Shown here piece by piece: positions 1 through 8,317 of a stretch of DNA of 64,000 nt. The DNA lies in contig OY970399.1 of the NCBI GenBank assembly GCA_963720545.1, positions 3,680,001 to 3,744,000 of the forward strand. The letters run 5' to 3'. Numbering within the stretch: position 1 is the first letter of the stretch; each line of letters begins with the position of its first letter. Origin of the DNA: an uncultured Acidobacteriota bacterium. Lineage in GTDB: Bacteria > Acidobacteriota > Vicinamibacteria > Fen-336. Made by a program: the position numbers and the translations under genes. The notes beneath the pieces were generated by a model. The model searched no databases and was not told where the DNA came from. It saw only the letters and a list, made by a program, of their open reading frames with translations.

Positions 1-1734
1 CGCCGCGTTGCCGGCCGCCTCCTCGACCTCGTGCGGCACCACATTGCGTCCACCCTTGATGATGAGGTCCTTGCGGCGTCCGGCGATATGGATCTCGCCA
101 TCCGCCATGTAGGCGAGGTCGCCGCTGTCGAGCCAGCCGCCCGGCAGGCTGATCGCCTGGGTCGCTTCGGGCTTCTTGTAGTAGCCGGCGGTCATCGACG
201 GGCCGCGGAACAAAAGCCGGCCGAGGCGGCGCTCGGCGAGCGGCTCGCCCGCGTCGTCCACCACCAGCACTTCGTGCTCGGGAATCGGCGCGCCTTCGGA
301 CGCGAACTGCAGCGCGCGGGCGTCGCCGTCCGCGGCCGGCACCGCGCGGCCCTCCGCCACGAACGGCGCGCGCGCGATGCGGTCGATGCGGGCGCCGCGG
401 CCGGGCGGCGGGATGCTGAGCGCCACCGAGTTCTCGGCCAGGCCGTAGACCGGCAGCAGCGCCTCGCGGCGAAAGCCGTAGGCGGCGAAGCGCGCGGCGA
501 AGCGCTCGAGCGTGCCCGGGCTCACGGGCTCGGCGCCGTTCAGCGCGCAGCGCCAGGAGCTGAGGTCGAGCCCCTCGATGTCGGCGTCACGGATCTTGCG
601 CAGGCACAGCTCGTAGGCGAAGTTGGGCGCCGCCGAAAGCGTGCCGCGCCGGCGGTGGATAGCCCACAGCCAGCGCTCCGGCCGCACCAGGAAGGACAGT
701 GGCGACTGGATGTCGATGGGCAGCCCGCGGCACATGCAGAAGAGCCACGAGCCGATCAGGCCCATGTCGTGATAGAGCGGCAGCCAACTGACGCCGACGT
801 CGTCGGGCCGCGCCCGAAGTGCCTTACCGATGCCGCGGATGTTCGCGAGCAGGTTGTCGTGACTGAGCAGCACCCCCTTGGGCGCGCCGGTGCTGCCGGA
901 GGTGTACTGGATGAACGCGTCGTCGCCGCCCCTGGCGTCGAACGACTCCAGCGGGCGGGCCGTGGCTGCCAGCTGCTCGACGGTGACGATGTGGCGCAGG
1001 CTCGCGACCCGCGAGCGCAGTACCTCGGCCACCGGCACCGCGCGCGCCACCGTGATGAGCACCGCGGCCGAAGCGTCGGCCAGGATCGCCGACTGCCGCT
1101 CGAGGTACTCGCGCAGACGGTCGAGCCGCGCCGGCGGATAGATGGGCACCGGCACGGCGCCGGCCGCCAGGATTCCCTGGAAGGCGCCGAGGAACGCGCT
1201 GCCGGTGGGCAGCATGAGCGCCACGGTGTCGCCGCGCCGCACGCCGCGCTCGCGCAGGCCGCCGCCGATGTTGCGGGCGAGGTTCAGCAAGTCGAGGTAG
1301 GTGAGCGTCTTCTCGGGACCGTCGTCCTCGCGCATGTAGACGTGCGGCCGGTCCGGTGTCGCTTCCGCACGGCGCTGCAGCGCGTCGCAAATGGAGGTGA
1401 AGCCGGTCATCTCGGTCGCAGGGCCCACGCCTGCGACCGGTGCTGCCTGGCCCGGGCCGGTGCCGCCGGCAGCGGCAGCGCCGGCGTCATCGACCGGGCT
1501 CGCGTCGAGCGCGTCGGCCAGCTCGCGCGGCGTGTCGGCGCGCAGCAGCGACTCGTCGAGCCGGCGTTCGAAAGCGCCTTCGAGCCGCGACAGGAGCTCG
1601 GCGCGCTCGAGGCTGCCGAGGCCCAGCTCGCGCTCGAGCGAGATCTCCGGGCGGATGTCGGGAGCGCGCACGCCGGTGGTCTCGCGTGACAGCGCCGCGA
1701 CGATGTCCATGACCCTGGTCAGGGCGTCCGCCAT
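1..1734 (-). CDS. Carrier-protein (ACP/PCP) + fatty acyl-AMP ligase (FAAL)-type adenylation protein, 3'-truncated by window edge
   Basis: Manual minus-strand translation from ATG at 1734 (absent from ORF track, no stop in window). N-terminal LGLGSLERAEL phosphopantetheine-site motif, then FIQYTSGSTGAPKGV, SWLPLYHDMGLIG, APNFAY, NGAEPV and PVYGLAE motifs. Confidence 0.88.
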   Translation of the reverse strand, partial: MADALTRVMDIVAALSRETTGVRAPDIRPEISLERELGLGSLERAELLSRLEGAFERRLDESLLRADTPRELADALDASPVDDAGAAAAGGTGPGQAAPVAGVGPATEMTGFTSICDALQRRAEATPDRPHVYMREDDGPEKTLTYLDLLNLARNIGGGLRERGVRRGDTVALMLPTGSAFLGAFQGILAAGAVPVPIYPPARLDRLREYLERQSAILADASAAVLITVARAVPVAEVLRSRVASLRHIVTVEQLAATARPLESFDARGGDDAFIQYTSGSTGAPKGVLLSHDNLLANIRGIGKALRARPDDVGVSWLPLYHDMGLIGSWLFCMCRGLPIDIQSPLSFLVRPERWLWAIHRRRGTLSAAPNFAYELCLRKIRDADIEGLDLSSWRCALNGAEPVSPGTLERFAARFAAYGFRREALLPVYGLAENSVALSIPPPGRGARIDRIARAPFVAEGRAVPAADGDARALQFASEGAPIPEHEVLVVDDAGEPLAERRLGRLLFRGPSMTAGYYKKPEATQAISLPGGWLDSGDLAYMADGEIHIAGRRKDLIIKGGRNVVPHEVEEAAGNAA

Positions 1735-1749
1735 GGGAGAATGCTACCC

Positions 1750-1977
1750 GTGCTGCAAGTCGTGACGCGCCGCGAGATCGAGCGCGTCCTCGAAATTACC
1801 GACCGGCTGGGGATTCACCGCGAATCGGTGGCGATTCCGCTCGGCCCGCGGCATCCAGGCCGTGTCAGGCGCATGCCGAACGGCAAGTTCGAGATCGTGG
1901 TGGAGCAGCAGGACGACCTCGACGGCTGGCTCGTGGTGCTGGAGGCCGAGCTGCAGCGGTTGCTCGCCACCCCGTAG
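1750..1977 (+). CDS. Small hypothetical protein (75 aa; alternative ATG at 1741)
   Basis: Host-like codon usage and normal amino-acid composition; fills the gap between FAAL and a downstream hairpin. Confidence 0.65.
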   Translation: MLQVVTRREIERVLEITDRLGIHRESVAIPLGPRHPGRVRRMPNGKFEIVVEQQDDLDGWLVVLEAELQRLLATP

Positions 1978-1982
1978 GCGCC

Positions 1983-2036
1983 AAAAAATCAGGGGCGCGG
2001 CCCGCGGCGGCCGTCAGGCCCCGTGGTTCGCGCCCC
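1983..2036. terminator. GC-rich hairpin between convergent genes, with U-tract on the minus strand (HU terminator)
   Basis: GGGGCGCG...CGCGCCCC outer stem with GGCC-GTCA-GGCC tip; preceded on + by AAAAAA. Confidence 0.55.
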
Positions 2037-2086
2037 GTCACCGTCAAGGGACGAAAAACTGTTCTGTGCGTCCTCGGACTCTCGGA

Positions 2087-2365
2087 CTAGAGGACGGCGT
2101 CCTTCGCGGCCTTCGCCACCACGAACTTCAGGCGGCGGCGGGCCGGGATCTTGATGGCTTCGCCAGTCTGCGGGTTGCGGCCCATGCGCGCCTTGTACTG
2201 ACGGACCACGAGCTTGCCGATGCCCGGGATCACGAAGCCGTTCTTGGCCTCCTTGTAGGCCAGCGCAGCGAGCGCCTCGAAGAAACCAGCGGACGTCTTC
2301 TTGGGAACGTCCACCTTTTCCGCCAACGCTGCCACGATCTTCGCCTTGGTCATCTGCTTCGCCAT
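2087..2365 (-). CDS. hup: HU family DNA-binding protein
   Basis: GFVIPGIGKL..KARMGRNPQTGEAIKIPA signature; GGAGG RBS. Confidence 0.95.
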   Translation of the reverse strand: MAKQMTKAKIVAALAEKVDVPKKTSAGFFEALAALAYKEAKNGFVIPGIGKLVVRQYKARMGRNPQTGEAIKIPARRRLKFVVAKAAKDAVL

Positions 2366-2434
2366 CGATTCAAACCTCCAGGGACTGTTCGGCCCGTTCG
2401 AGAAACTGCGTTTTGCGTTTTAAAAAGACCGGCC

Positions 2435-2465
2435 ATTGTACATGCGGTTCGCTGGCTGCTGTCAA
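2435..2465 (-). promoter_or_regulatory. Possible sigma70 promoter for hup
   Basis: Minus strand TTGACA-N19-TACAAT; good hexamers but long spacer. Confidence 0.4.
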
Positions 2466-2501
2466 GGAGATCCGCACTGCCGCGCACGCGTCCGGGGCGC
2501 G

Positions 2502-2819
2502 CTACTGGCCGTCGGGAACGAGGTAGATGATCTCGCTCGGCTGCGCGAGGCCGAGTTCCTCGCGCGCGATCTTCTCGATCGTCCGCGGGTCGCTGCGCAG
2601 CGCCTGGATCTGTGCGGCGAGCGCCTCGTTCTCCGCGCGCAGCGCCTCTATGTCGCGCGCGAGGGCCGAGGAGCGCGCCTGTTCCTGGCGCAGGTGCAGG
2701 AAGCCGCGGTCGCCGAAGAGGGCGCCGAGCGTCAGGCAGGCGAACACCACGAAAGCGGTGAGCGCCATGGCTTTGCGCCGCAGGGTCTCGTTCCGGGGCC
2801 TGACGGAGGTGGCGGTCAT
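2502..2819 (-). CDS. ftsB: Septum formation initiator FtsB/DivIC family
   Basis: TM helix ending LFGDRGFL, coiled coil, DPRTIEKIAREELGLAQPSEIIY motif; ATG overlaps upstream stop (ATGA). Confidence 0.88.
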   Translation of the reverse strand: MTATSVRPRNETLRRKAMALTAFVVFACLTLGALFGDRGFLHLRQEQARSSALARDIEALRAENEALAAQIQALRSDPRTIEKIAREELGLAQPSEIIYLVPDGQ

Positions 2820-3208
2820 GATGCGAGCCCCAATCGTGCCACGCCTCGCCGCGTCGTGCTGCGCTGGTAGCGCTTGAGCAGCTCGACGAGCTCGGTGTTC
2901 ACCTTCTTCAGGCGGCGCATGCCGAGGCGGAACTCCTTGTAGCGGGCGACCAGCTCGCGCGCCTGCGGCAGCCGCCGTGCGTCGAGGTAGGAGAAGCCGC
3001 TGCGGCCCGTCGAGGCTCCGGAGAGGACGTAGTAGGGGCCGTGCAGGGCGCCGCGCTGGCAGGCGCAAGCCTGCTTGCCGCAGGCCCCGTAGCGCGAGAA
3101 CAGCGACCCCGAGAGCTGCTCGCGCAGGCGCAGCAGGGCGCGCACCAGCGCCCGCTGTTCGGCGAGCTTGACCGATACCTTCTGCCGCAGGGCGTCGCTG
3201 GTTGTCAT
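2816..3208 (-). CDS. DUF6788-like basic Cys/His protein
   Basis: GSL..YGACGKQACACQRGALHGPYY motif and C-terminal helix (ARELVARYKEFR); AGGA RBS. Confidence 0.75.
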   Translation of the reverse strand: MTTSDALRQKVSVKLAEQRALVRALLRLREQLSGSLFSRYGACGKQACACQRGALHGPYYVLSGASTGRSGFSYLDARRLPQARELVARYKEFRLGMRRLKKVNTELVELLKRYQRSTTRRGVARLGLAS

Positions 3209-3213
3209 TTCCT

Positions 3214-3249
3214 GTCTTACAGTGAAATGTATTTAAAACGCTGTAAGAC
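3214..3249. repeat. 9-bp perfect inverted repeat with 18-bp AT-rich spacer (operator-like)
   Basis: GTCTTACAG (3214-3222) ... CTGTAAGAC (3241-3249). Confidence 0.8.
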
Positions 3250-3274
3250 TATTCATGCGGCAGCGCCTTGTCAA
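3246..3274 (-). promoter_or_regulatory. sigma70-type promoter for DUF6788-ftsB
   Basis: Minus strand TTGACA (3274-3269)-N17-TAGTCT (3251-3246). Confidence 0.72.
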
Positions 3275-3302
3275 CCGCGTTCTGCGCTTCTAAAGTGTTG
3301 GC

Positions 3303-3704
3303 ATGTGGCTGCTGAAGACCGAGCCGGGCGACTACGGTTACGACGATCTCGAGCGCGAGCGGCGCACCATGTGGAACGGGGTGACGAACCCGGTGGCGCT
3401 GCGCAACATGCGCGAGATGCGCAAGGGCGACGAGTGCTTCGTGTATCACACCGGCGGCGAGAAGGCGGTGGTGGGGGTCGCCGAAGTCGAGAAGGCGGCC
3501 TATCCCGATCCGCAGGCCGGCGACGAGCGCATCGTCGCCATCGACATCAAGGCGGTGCGCAAGCTGGCGCGGCCGGTGACGCTCGCCGAGATGAAGGCGA
3601 TGAGCGTGTTCAAGGACAGCCCGCTGGCGCGCCAGGGCCGGCTGTCGGTCGTGCCGCTGACGAAGGCCCAGTGGGCCGCCGTCCTGAATGCGGGTGAGCG
3701 CTAG
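3303..3704 (+). CDS. EVE domain protein
   Basis: WLLKTEP..Y, WNGVTNPVALRNMREM..GD..FVYHTG, RLSVVP motifs. Confidence 0.92.
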   Translation: MWLLKTEPGDYGYDDLERERRTMWNGVTNPVALRNMREMRKGDECFVYHTGGEKAVVGVAEVEKAAYPDPQAGDERIVAIDIKAVRKLARPVTLAEMKAMSVFKDSPLARQGRLSVVPLTKAQWAAVLNAGER

Positions 3705-3707
3705 CGG

Positions 3708-4842
3708 CTAGTCGCCCAGGCCCCGCTCCAGGTCGGTGAGCAGGTCGTCCGCGTCCTCGCAGCCGACGCTGATGCGCACCAGCCCGTCGACGATGCCGAG
3801 CGCATCGCGCTCGGGCTGCGTGTAGCCGGCGTGGGTCATGGTGGCGGGATGCGAGATCAGCGTCTCGATGCCGCCGAGGCTCTCGCCAAGCGAGCACAAG
3901 CGCACGCGCGCGCAGCAGCGCGTCGGCCGCCTCGCGGCTGCCCATGTCGAACGAGATGAGCGCGCCGAAGCCGGTCGCCTGGCTCTTGTGCAGCTCGTGT
4001 CCCGGATGGTCGGGGAAGCCGGGCCAGAACACCTTCTGCACCTTGCGGTGGCCGCGCAGGAAGTGCGCCACCGCGCGCGCGTTCTCTTCATGGCGCGGCA
4101 TGCGCAGCGCAAGCGTCTTGGTGCCCCGCAGCACCAGCCAGGAATCGAAGGGTGAGAGGATCGCGCCGGCCGCGTTCTGCACGTACTGCAGCCACCGGCC
4201 ATGCGCCTCGTCGCGCACGATGGCCGCGCCGCCGACGCTGTCCGAGTGGCCGTTCAGGAACTTGGTGGTGGAGTGCACCACGATGTCGGCGCCGAGGCCG
4301 AGCGGCCGCTGGAAGAAAGGGCTGAGGAAGGTGTTGTCCACGACCAGCAGCGCGCCGCGGTCGTGTGCGATCTTCGCCAGGGCGCGGATGTCCACGATCT
4401 TCATCATCGGGTTGGTGGGCGACTCGATCCACAACATCTTGAAGTCGCCGGCGGTGCGCGCGAAGGCTTTGTCGTCGGTGGCATCGACGAAATCGAACGT
4501 CACCCCGTACTGCGACAGGATCTTCGTGAACAGCCTGTGGGTGCCGCCGTAGACGTTGTCGCCCACCACGACGCGCTCGCCCTGCTTGACGAGCGTCAGC
4601 ACGGCGTTGGTCGCCGCCATGCCCGAGGCGAAGCAGTAGGCGTCCACGCCGCGCTCGAGCGCGGCGAGGTTCTTCTCGAGGGTGCGGCGGGTGAGGTTGT
4701 GGGTGCGCGCGTACTCGTAGCCCTTGTGCTCGCCGATGCCCTGCTGCACGTACGTCGAGGTCTGGTAGATCGGCGTGACGATGGCGCCGGTGGTCGGGTC
4801 CGGCTCCTGGCCGGCGTGAATGCAGTCGGTGGCAAAACCCAT
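3708..4842 (-). CDS. Cystathionine gamma-synthase/gamma-lyase family PLP enzyme (one frameshift near 3910, probable sequence error)
   Basis: PIYQTSTY, YEYART, ESPTNP, DNTF, HSTTKFLNGHSD; C-terminal SLGESLGGIETLISHPATMTH lies in another frame. Confidence 0.9.
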
Positions 4843-4857
4843 GTGGTTGCTAGGCTC

Positions 4858-7578
4858 CTATGGCTTGACCTCTTTGCGGCTCAACGCTGCCTCGACCACC
4901 GCGCCAACGGCGTTTTTCGGCGGGTCGAGGCCGAGAAGGTGGCACAGTGTCGGCGCCACGTCCACCTGGCGCAGCGGCCCGAGATCGTCCCCGGCGGGCA
5001 CGCCGGGCCCCGCCATCGAGAAGGCGCCGTGCATCTCCGGACGCTCGGGACCATAAAGATGATCGCCGAAAGGCGCCGCGTTCTCGAACAACGCGCCGCT
5101 CAGCGCGCCAGACGTCTGCACGCCCGGCGCCATGTCGAGATAAACGTCGTCGCCCGCGACCCAGGTCTTTACGACCAGTGGCCGGCCGGCGTCGTCGCGT
5201 GCCTGTGCCAGCGCCTTGCCGACGTCGGCAACGACCTGCGCCGCGTCCGCATCGGCAACGATGCCCTTCGGACGCGACACACGGTTGAGCGAGACGTAGC
5301 CGCTGTTGCTCGGCGAATAAACCGCCCGGGTCCTGGCGAGGTCGAGCGCGCCGGCTTTGTCCACGGCCAGCAGTCCGGCCGCCGCCAGCGCCACGTTGGG
5401 GCGGAAGATCCGGTCGAAGCCCGCAAGGCCGTGGTCGGTCGCGATCGCGACGATCGTCTTGGCGTCGGCCTCCGTCAGCAGCTCGCCCACGTACCCGTCG
5501 ACGACGCGCAGCGCCTGGTCGACATATGGCGCGAGCCGCGCAGCCAGCACCGGGTCGTGATGCGCGAGGTCCTTGTCCATGCGGCCGAGCCAGAGGTGCA
5601 GCGCCTCGTCGGGGTAGGCGAGGTAGGTGATGAGCAGGTCCCACGGCGCCTGATGCGCGGCGAAGTTTGCGACGCGCTGCGACTGGCGGGCGGTGAGAGC
5701 AACCGTCTCGAGATAGCGATTCTCGGCGGTGCCGTCGCCGCCGTCCCAGAGCAGCGTGCCCAGGGCGCCGGTGCGGTACAGCTCGATGGCGCCATTGCCG
5801 CTGGTGCCGCCGGTCGCCCGGAGCGCCGCCGCGTCGAGCCGCGGCCGGGACGCCTTCAGCATGCGGATGCGGGCGCGGTAGAGAAGGAAGTCGGAGCCGT
5901 CCTTCGCGATTTCGTAAAGGCGGAAAAAGGCGCCAGCCGGTCCGCTCGCAACCGTGATCGGCACCTGGCCGAACGCAGACGCGTCCTTCTGCAGGGGCTC
6001 GGCGTGGATGACGGAGCGTCCGCGGGCGTTGCGATCGGCGCTTAGCAGCATGCTGTCGTAGCCGCGGCCGGCACGCTTCGGGTCGTCGTAGAGAAGTGCG
6101 AAGACGGTGGCGCCGCCGGCGGGGAGGCGGCACTCGCGCAGCGCGCCGGCATGCGGCGGCACGTTGGTCCACGAGCGGTCCGCCGCGCCGCAGTCGGTGT
6201 CGCGGCCGCGCAACAGGGCATCGGGCGCGTCGAACGCCTGGAAGCCGTCGATGAGCGTGAGGTTGCGGCTGAAGTTGCCGCCGAAGCGCTTGTCGTCGAA
6301 GTACGGCGCGAACGGGCTGACCTGCGTCGCCTGGGCCACCGTGACCCGCAGGCCCTGGCCCGCTGCCGTTACCCAAAGCGGCTCCGCCCGCAGGCCGGTC
6401 GAGGCGAAGCCCGAGATGCTCTCGTCGAGCGCGGCTCCGGCTGGCACGAACTCATTGCCTTTGATGCCGTGCTCGTCCGGCCAGGCGCCGGTGTAGAGCG
6501 AGGCGTGGCCGGGAGCCGTCTTTGCCGGCTGCGAAACGCGCACCTGGCTGGAGCGCACGCCGCGCGCGCGCAGCGCGGCGAGGTTGGGCATGACGCCGCG
6601 CCGCACCGCGGCGTCGATCAGTGGTCCGGGCGCGCCGTCGATGGTGGCGAGGATCGCCTTCGACTGGCCGCGCACGTAGAGGTGGCGCAGGCGGGGGTCG
6701 AGCGCCGGGCTGCCCGCCGCGAGCCACGCCGCCTGCCAGAAGGAAGCGATGGTCGACGATGTGTCGCTGAGCCGGGTGACGAGCGAATTGCGCTCGCGCC
6801 GGTAGAAACAAGTGAAGTACGCGCCGTCGTAGCGGGGCTCGCCGCCTGCGGCGCCCGGTGTTCCGCGGCAGGCCTTGTCGGCAGCCAACAGCGGCGCCGC
6901 CGCGAGGAATGAGGCGCGCAAGGTCCTGAGGGCGAATACCGCCGGCGCGGGCGGCTGGGTGACGCGCACCGGCCGCAGCCGCAAGCGCAGGTCTGAAGCG
7001 TTGCGGTCGATGAGGTCGTCCTCCCAGCGCGCGTGCACGCCAACCTGGCCGGTGAGCTGGCCGTCGTAATTGGTAACCGCGTGCAGCGGCACGTGCGCGT
7101 CGCCGAGATAGTGCCCGACGGTGCTTGCCGCACGCAGCACGCGTTCGGCATCGCGGGCGCGCAGGGCGTCCACGAGATCGTCGTACGCTTCGGCGAGGCG
7201 CCACGGCAGGCGGCCCTTCTCGGCGGCGTTGGCGCCGTGCCTGCGCAGGTGCTCGGCCTCGTCGTCCGGAATGTCATTGAAGGGATAGCGGCCGAACGCG
7301 TCCATGTCGAGGAAGTGGCCGGGGAATTCGTTCGGCGGCACGCCGGTGGTGCGCCACAGATCGGGGTCGACTGCGTGCTCCACAACCCAGTCGGCGTTTG
7401 CCGTCAGCAGGTCCTTGAGCGGTCCGGGCGGCAGCCCCGCGATGGCGCGCTGCTCGCTGAGGCGATGCGCGGCAAAACCCCAGGCGTGCGCCGCGCGTGG
7501 TGCCGTGAGCGTGAGCAGGCAGGCGCAGGCACCCGTCAGGACGCGCACGAGAAGGCTGGCTGAGGTTGCCGACCGCAT
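4858..7578 (-). CDS. Secreted fusion: S1/P1 nuclease (Zn phospholipase C-like) domain + alkaline phosphatase/NPP superfamily domain
   Basis: Signal peptide ending AHA^WGFAAH; HYLGDAHVPLH and VHARWE; then IDGA, KTAPGHASLYTG..PDEHGI, PDEALH, TDHG, GDH, RQVDVAPT. Confidence 0.82.
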   Translation of the reverse strand: MRSATSASLLVRVLTGACACLLTLTAPRAAHAWGFAAHRLSEQRAIAGLPPGPLKDLLTANADWVVEHAVDPDLWRTTGVPPNEFPGHFLDMDAFGRYPFNDIPDDEAEHLRRHGANAAEKGRLPWRLAEAYDDLVDALRARDAERVLRAASTVGHYLGDAHVPLHAVTNYDGQLTGQVGVHARWEDDLIDRNASDLRLRLRPVRVTQPPAPAVFALRTLRASFLAAAPLLAADKACRGTPGAAGGEPRYDGAYFTCFYRRERNSLVTRLSDTSSTIASFWQAAWLAAGSPALDPRLRHLYVRGQSKAILATIDGAPGPLIDAAVRRGVMPNLAALRARGVRSSQVRVSQPAKTAPGHASLYTGAWPDEHGIKGNEFVPAGAALDESISGFASTGLRAEPLWVTAAGQGLRVTVAQATQVSPFAPYFDDKRFGGNFSRNLTLIDGFQAFDAPDALLRGRDTDCGAADRSWTNVPPHAGALRECRLPAGGATVFALLYDDPKRAGRGYDSMLLSADRNARGRSVIHAEPLQKDASAFGQVPITVASGPAGAFFRLYEIAKDGSDFLLYRARIRMLKASRPRLDAAALRATGGTSGNGAIELYRTGALGTLLWDGGDGTAENRYLETVALTARQSQRVANFAAHQAPWDLLITYLAYPDEALHLWLGRMDKDLAHHDPVLAARLAPYVDQALRVVDGYVGELLTEADAKTIVAIATDHGLAGFDRIFRPNVALAAAGLLAVDKAGALDLARTRAVYSPSNSGYVSLNRVSRPKGIVADADAAQVVADVGKALAQARDDAGRPLVVKTWVAGDDVYLDMAPGVQTSGALSGALFENAAPFGDHLYGPERPEMHGAFSMAGPGVPAGDDLGPLRQVDVAPTLCHLLGLDPPKNAVGAVVEAALSRKEVKP

Positions 7579-7613
7579 TGCCTGACTTCGAACCGCTATC
7601 CGGGTGGCGCGCG

Positions 7614-8243
7614 TTAGCGAAGCGTGATCGTCAGTGGCACGGACTGGCCGTCGCGCAGCACGACAGCACGGATCTCGCCTTCACCCGCGAGCCGGGAGTA
7701 GAGGGCCGCGAGTGTGGCGACGCTGTCGATGGGCGTGCCGTTGATCTCGGTGAGGACGTCGCCGGGGCGCAACCCGGCGTCGGTGAGCAGCGTCTGGTCG
7801 GCGATGCGCGACAAGGTGAAGCCGGCGATCTTGCCGCCAGGCTCGCGCGCCGGTACCAGTGTCGTCTCGGCGAGGATGCGCGGGATTTCCTGGCCGAGGC
7901 GCTTCTCGACCTCGGCGCGCATCATGACCCGGCCGCCGCGTGCGGGCGCCGGCACCGCGGCCGCGGCGGGAAAACGCGGCGCGGGGGGCACGCCCGCCGT
8001 TTGGGGCAGCCGCACCTCGATTGTCTCGTCGCCGAACTTGAGGGTGACCGAGCCTTCGCTGACGGCAGTGAGAGTGCCGCCGAACGCCGAATCGCCGACG
8101 CCGAGCACGCGCTCGCGGCCGGCCGAACGCAGCACCGCGGAACTGCGAGCGGGATCCGTGTGCTGCACCATGCCGAGCAGCGCCAGGTCGCCAGGAATGG
8201 CGACCGCGGCAGCGACGAGAACGCCGGAAAGTGCGCCCAACAT
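7614..8243 (-). CDS. GspC-like protein with C-terminal PDZ domain
   Basis: N-terminal hydrophobic segment; HR-like LLGMV..SSAVL..VGD; GFTLSRI..GLRPGDVLTEING and VLRDGQ PDZ motifs. Confidence 0.72.
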   Translation of the reverse strand: MLGALSGVLVAAAVAIPGDLALLGMVQHTDPARSSAVLRSAGRERVLGVGDSAFGGTLTAVSEGSVTLKFGDETIEVRLPQTAGVPPAPRFPAAAAVPAPARGGRVMMRAEVEKRLGQEIPRILAETTLVPAREPGGKIAGFTLSRIADQTLLTDAGLRPGDVLTEINGTPIDSVATLAALYSRLAGEGEIRAVVLRDGQSVPLTITLR

Positions 8244-8317
8244 GACCCGTGGTCACGGTACTCCACGCCTCGTCGCGGTGTCAACGAAGCGCCCGGGCGC
8301 GGTGTTAATCTCACGCC

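Noticed and set aside
31..1689. 552-aa plus-strand ORF (and similar long ORFs such as 4201-6045+, 7922-10657-, 17301-19652-, 35806-38226+, 60198-62357-)
   Set aside because: Antisense or off-frame shadows of motif-bearing genes; stop codons are scarce in high-GC DNA
2816..3249. DUF6788-like gene plus inverted repeat as an IS element
   Set aside because: No transposase; both arms lie on one side of the gene; no target duplication seen
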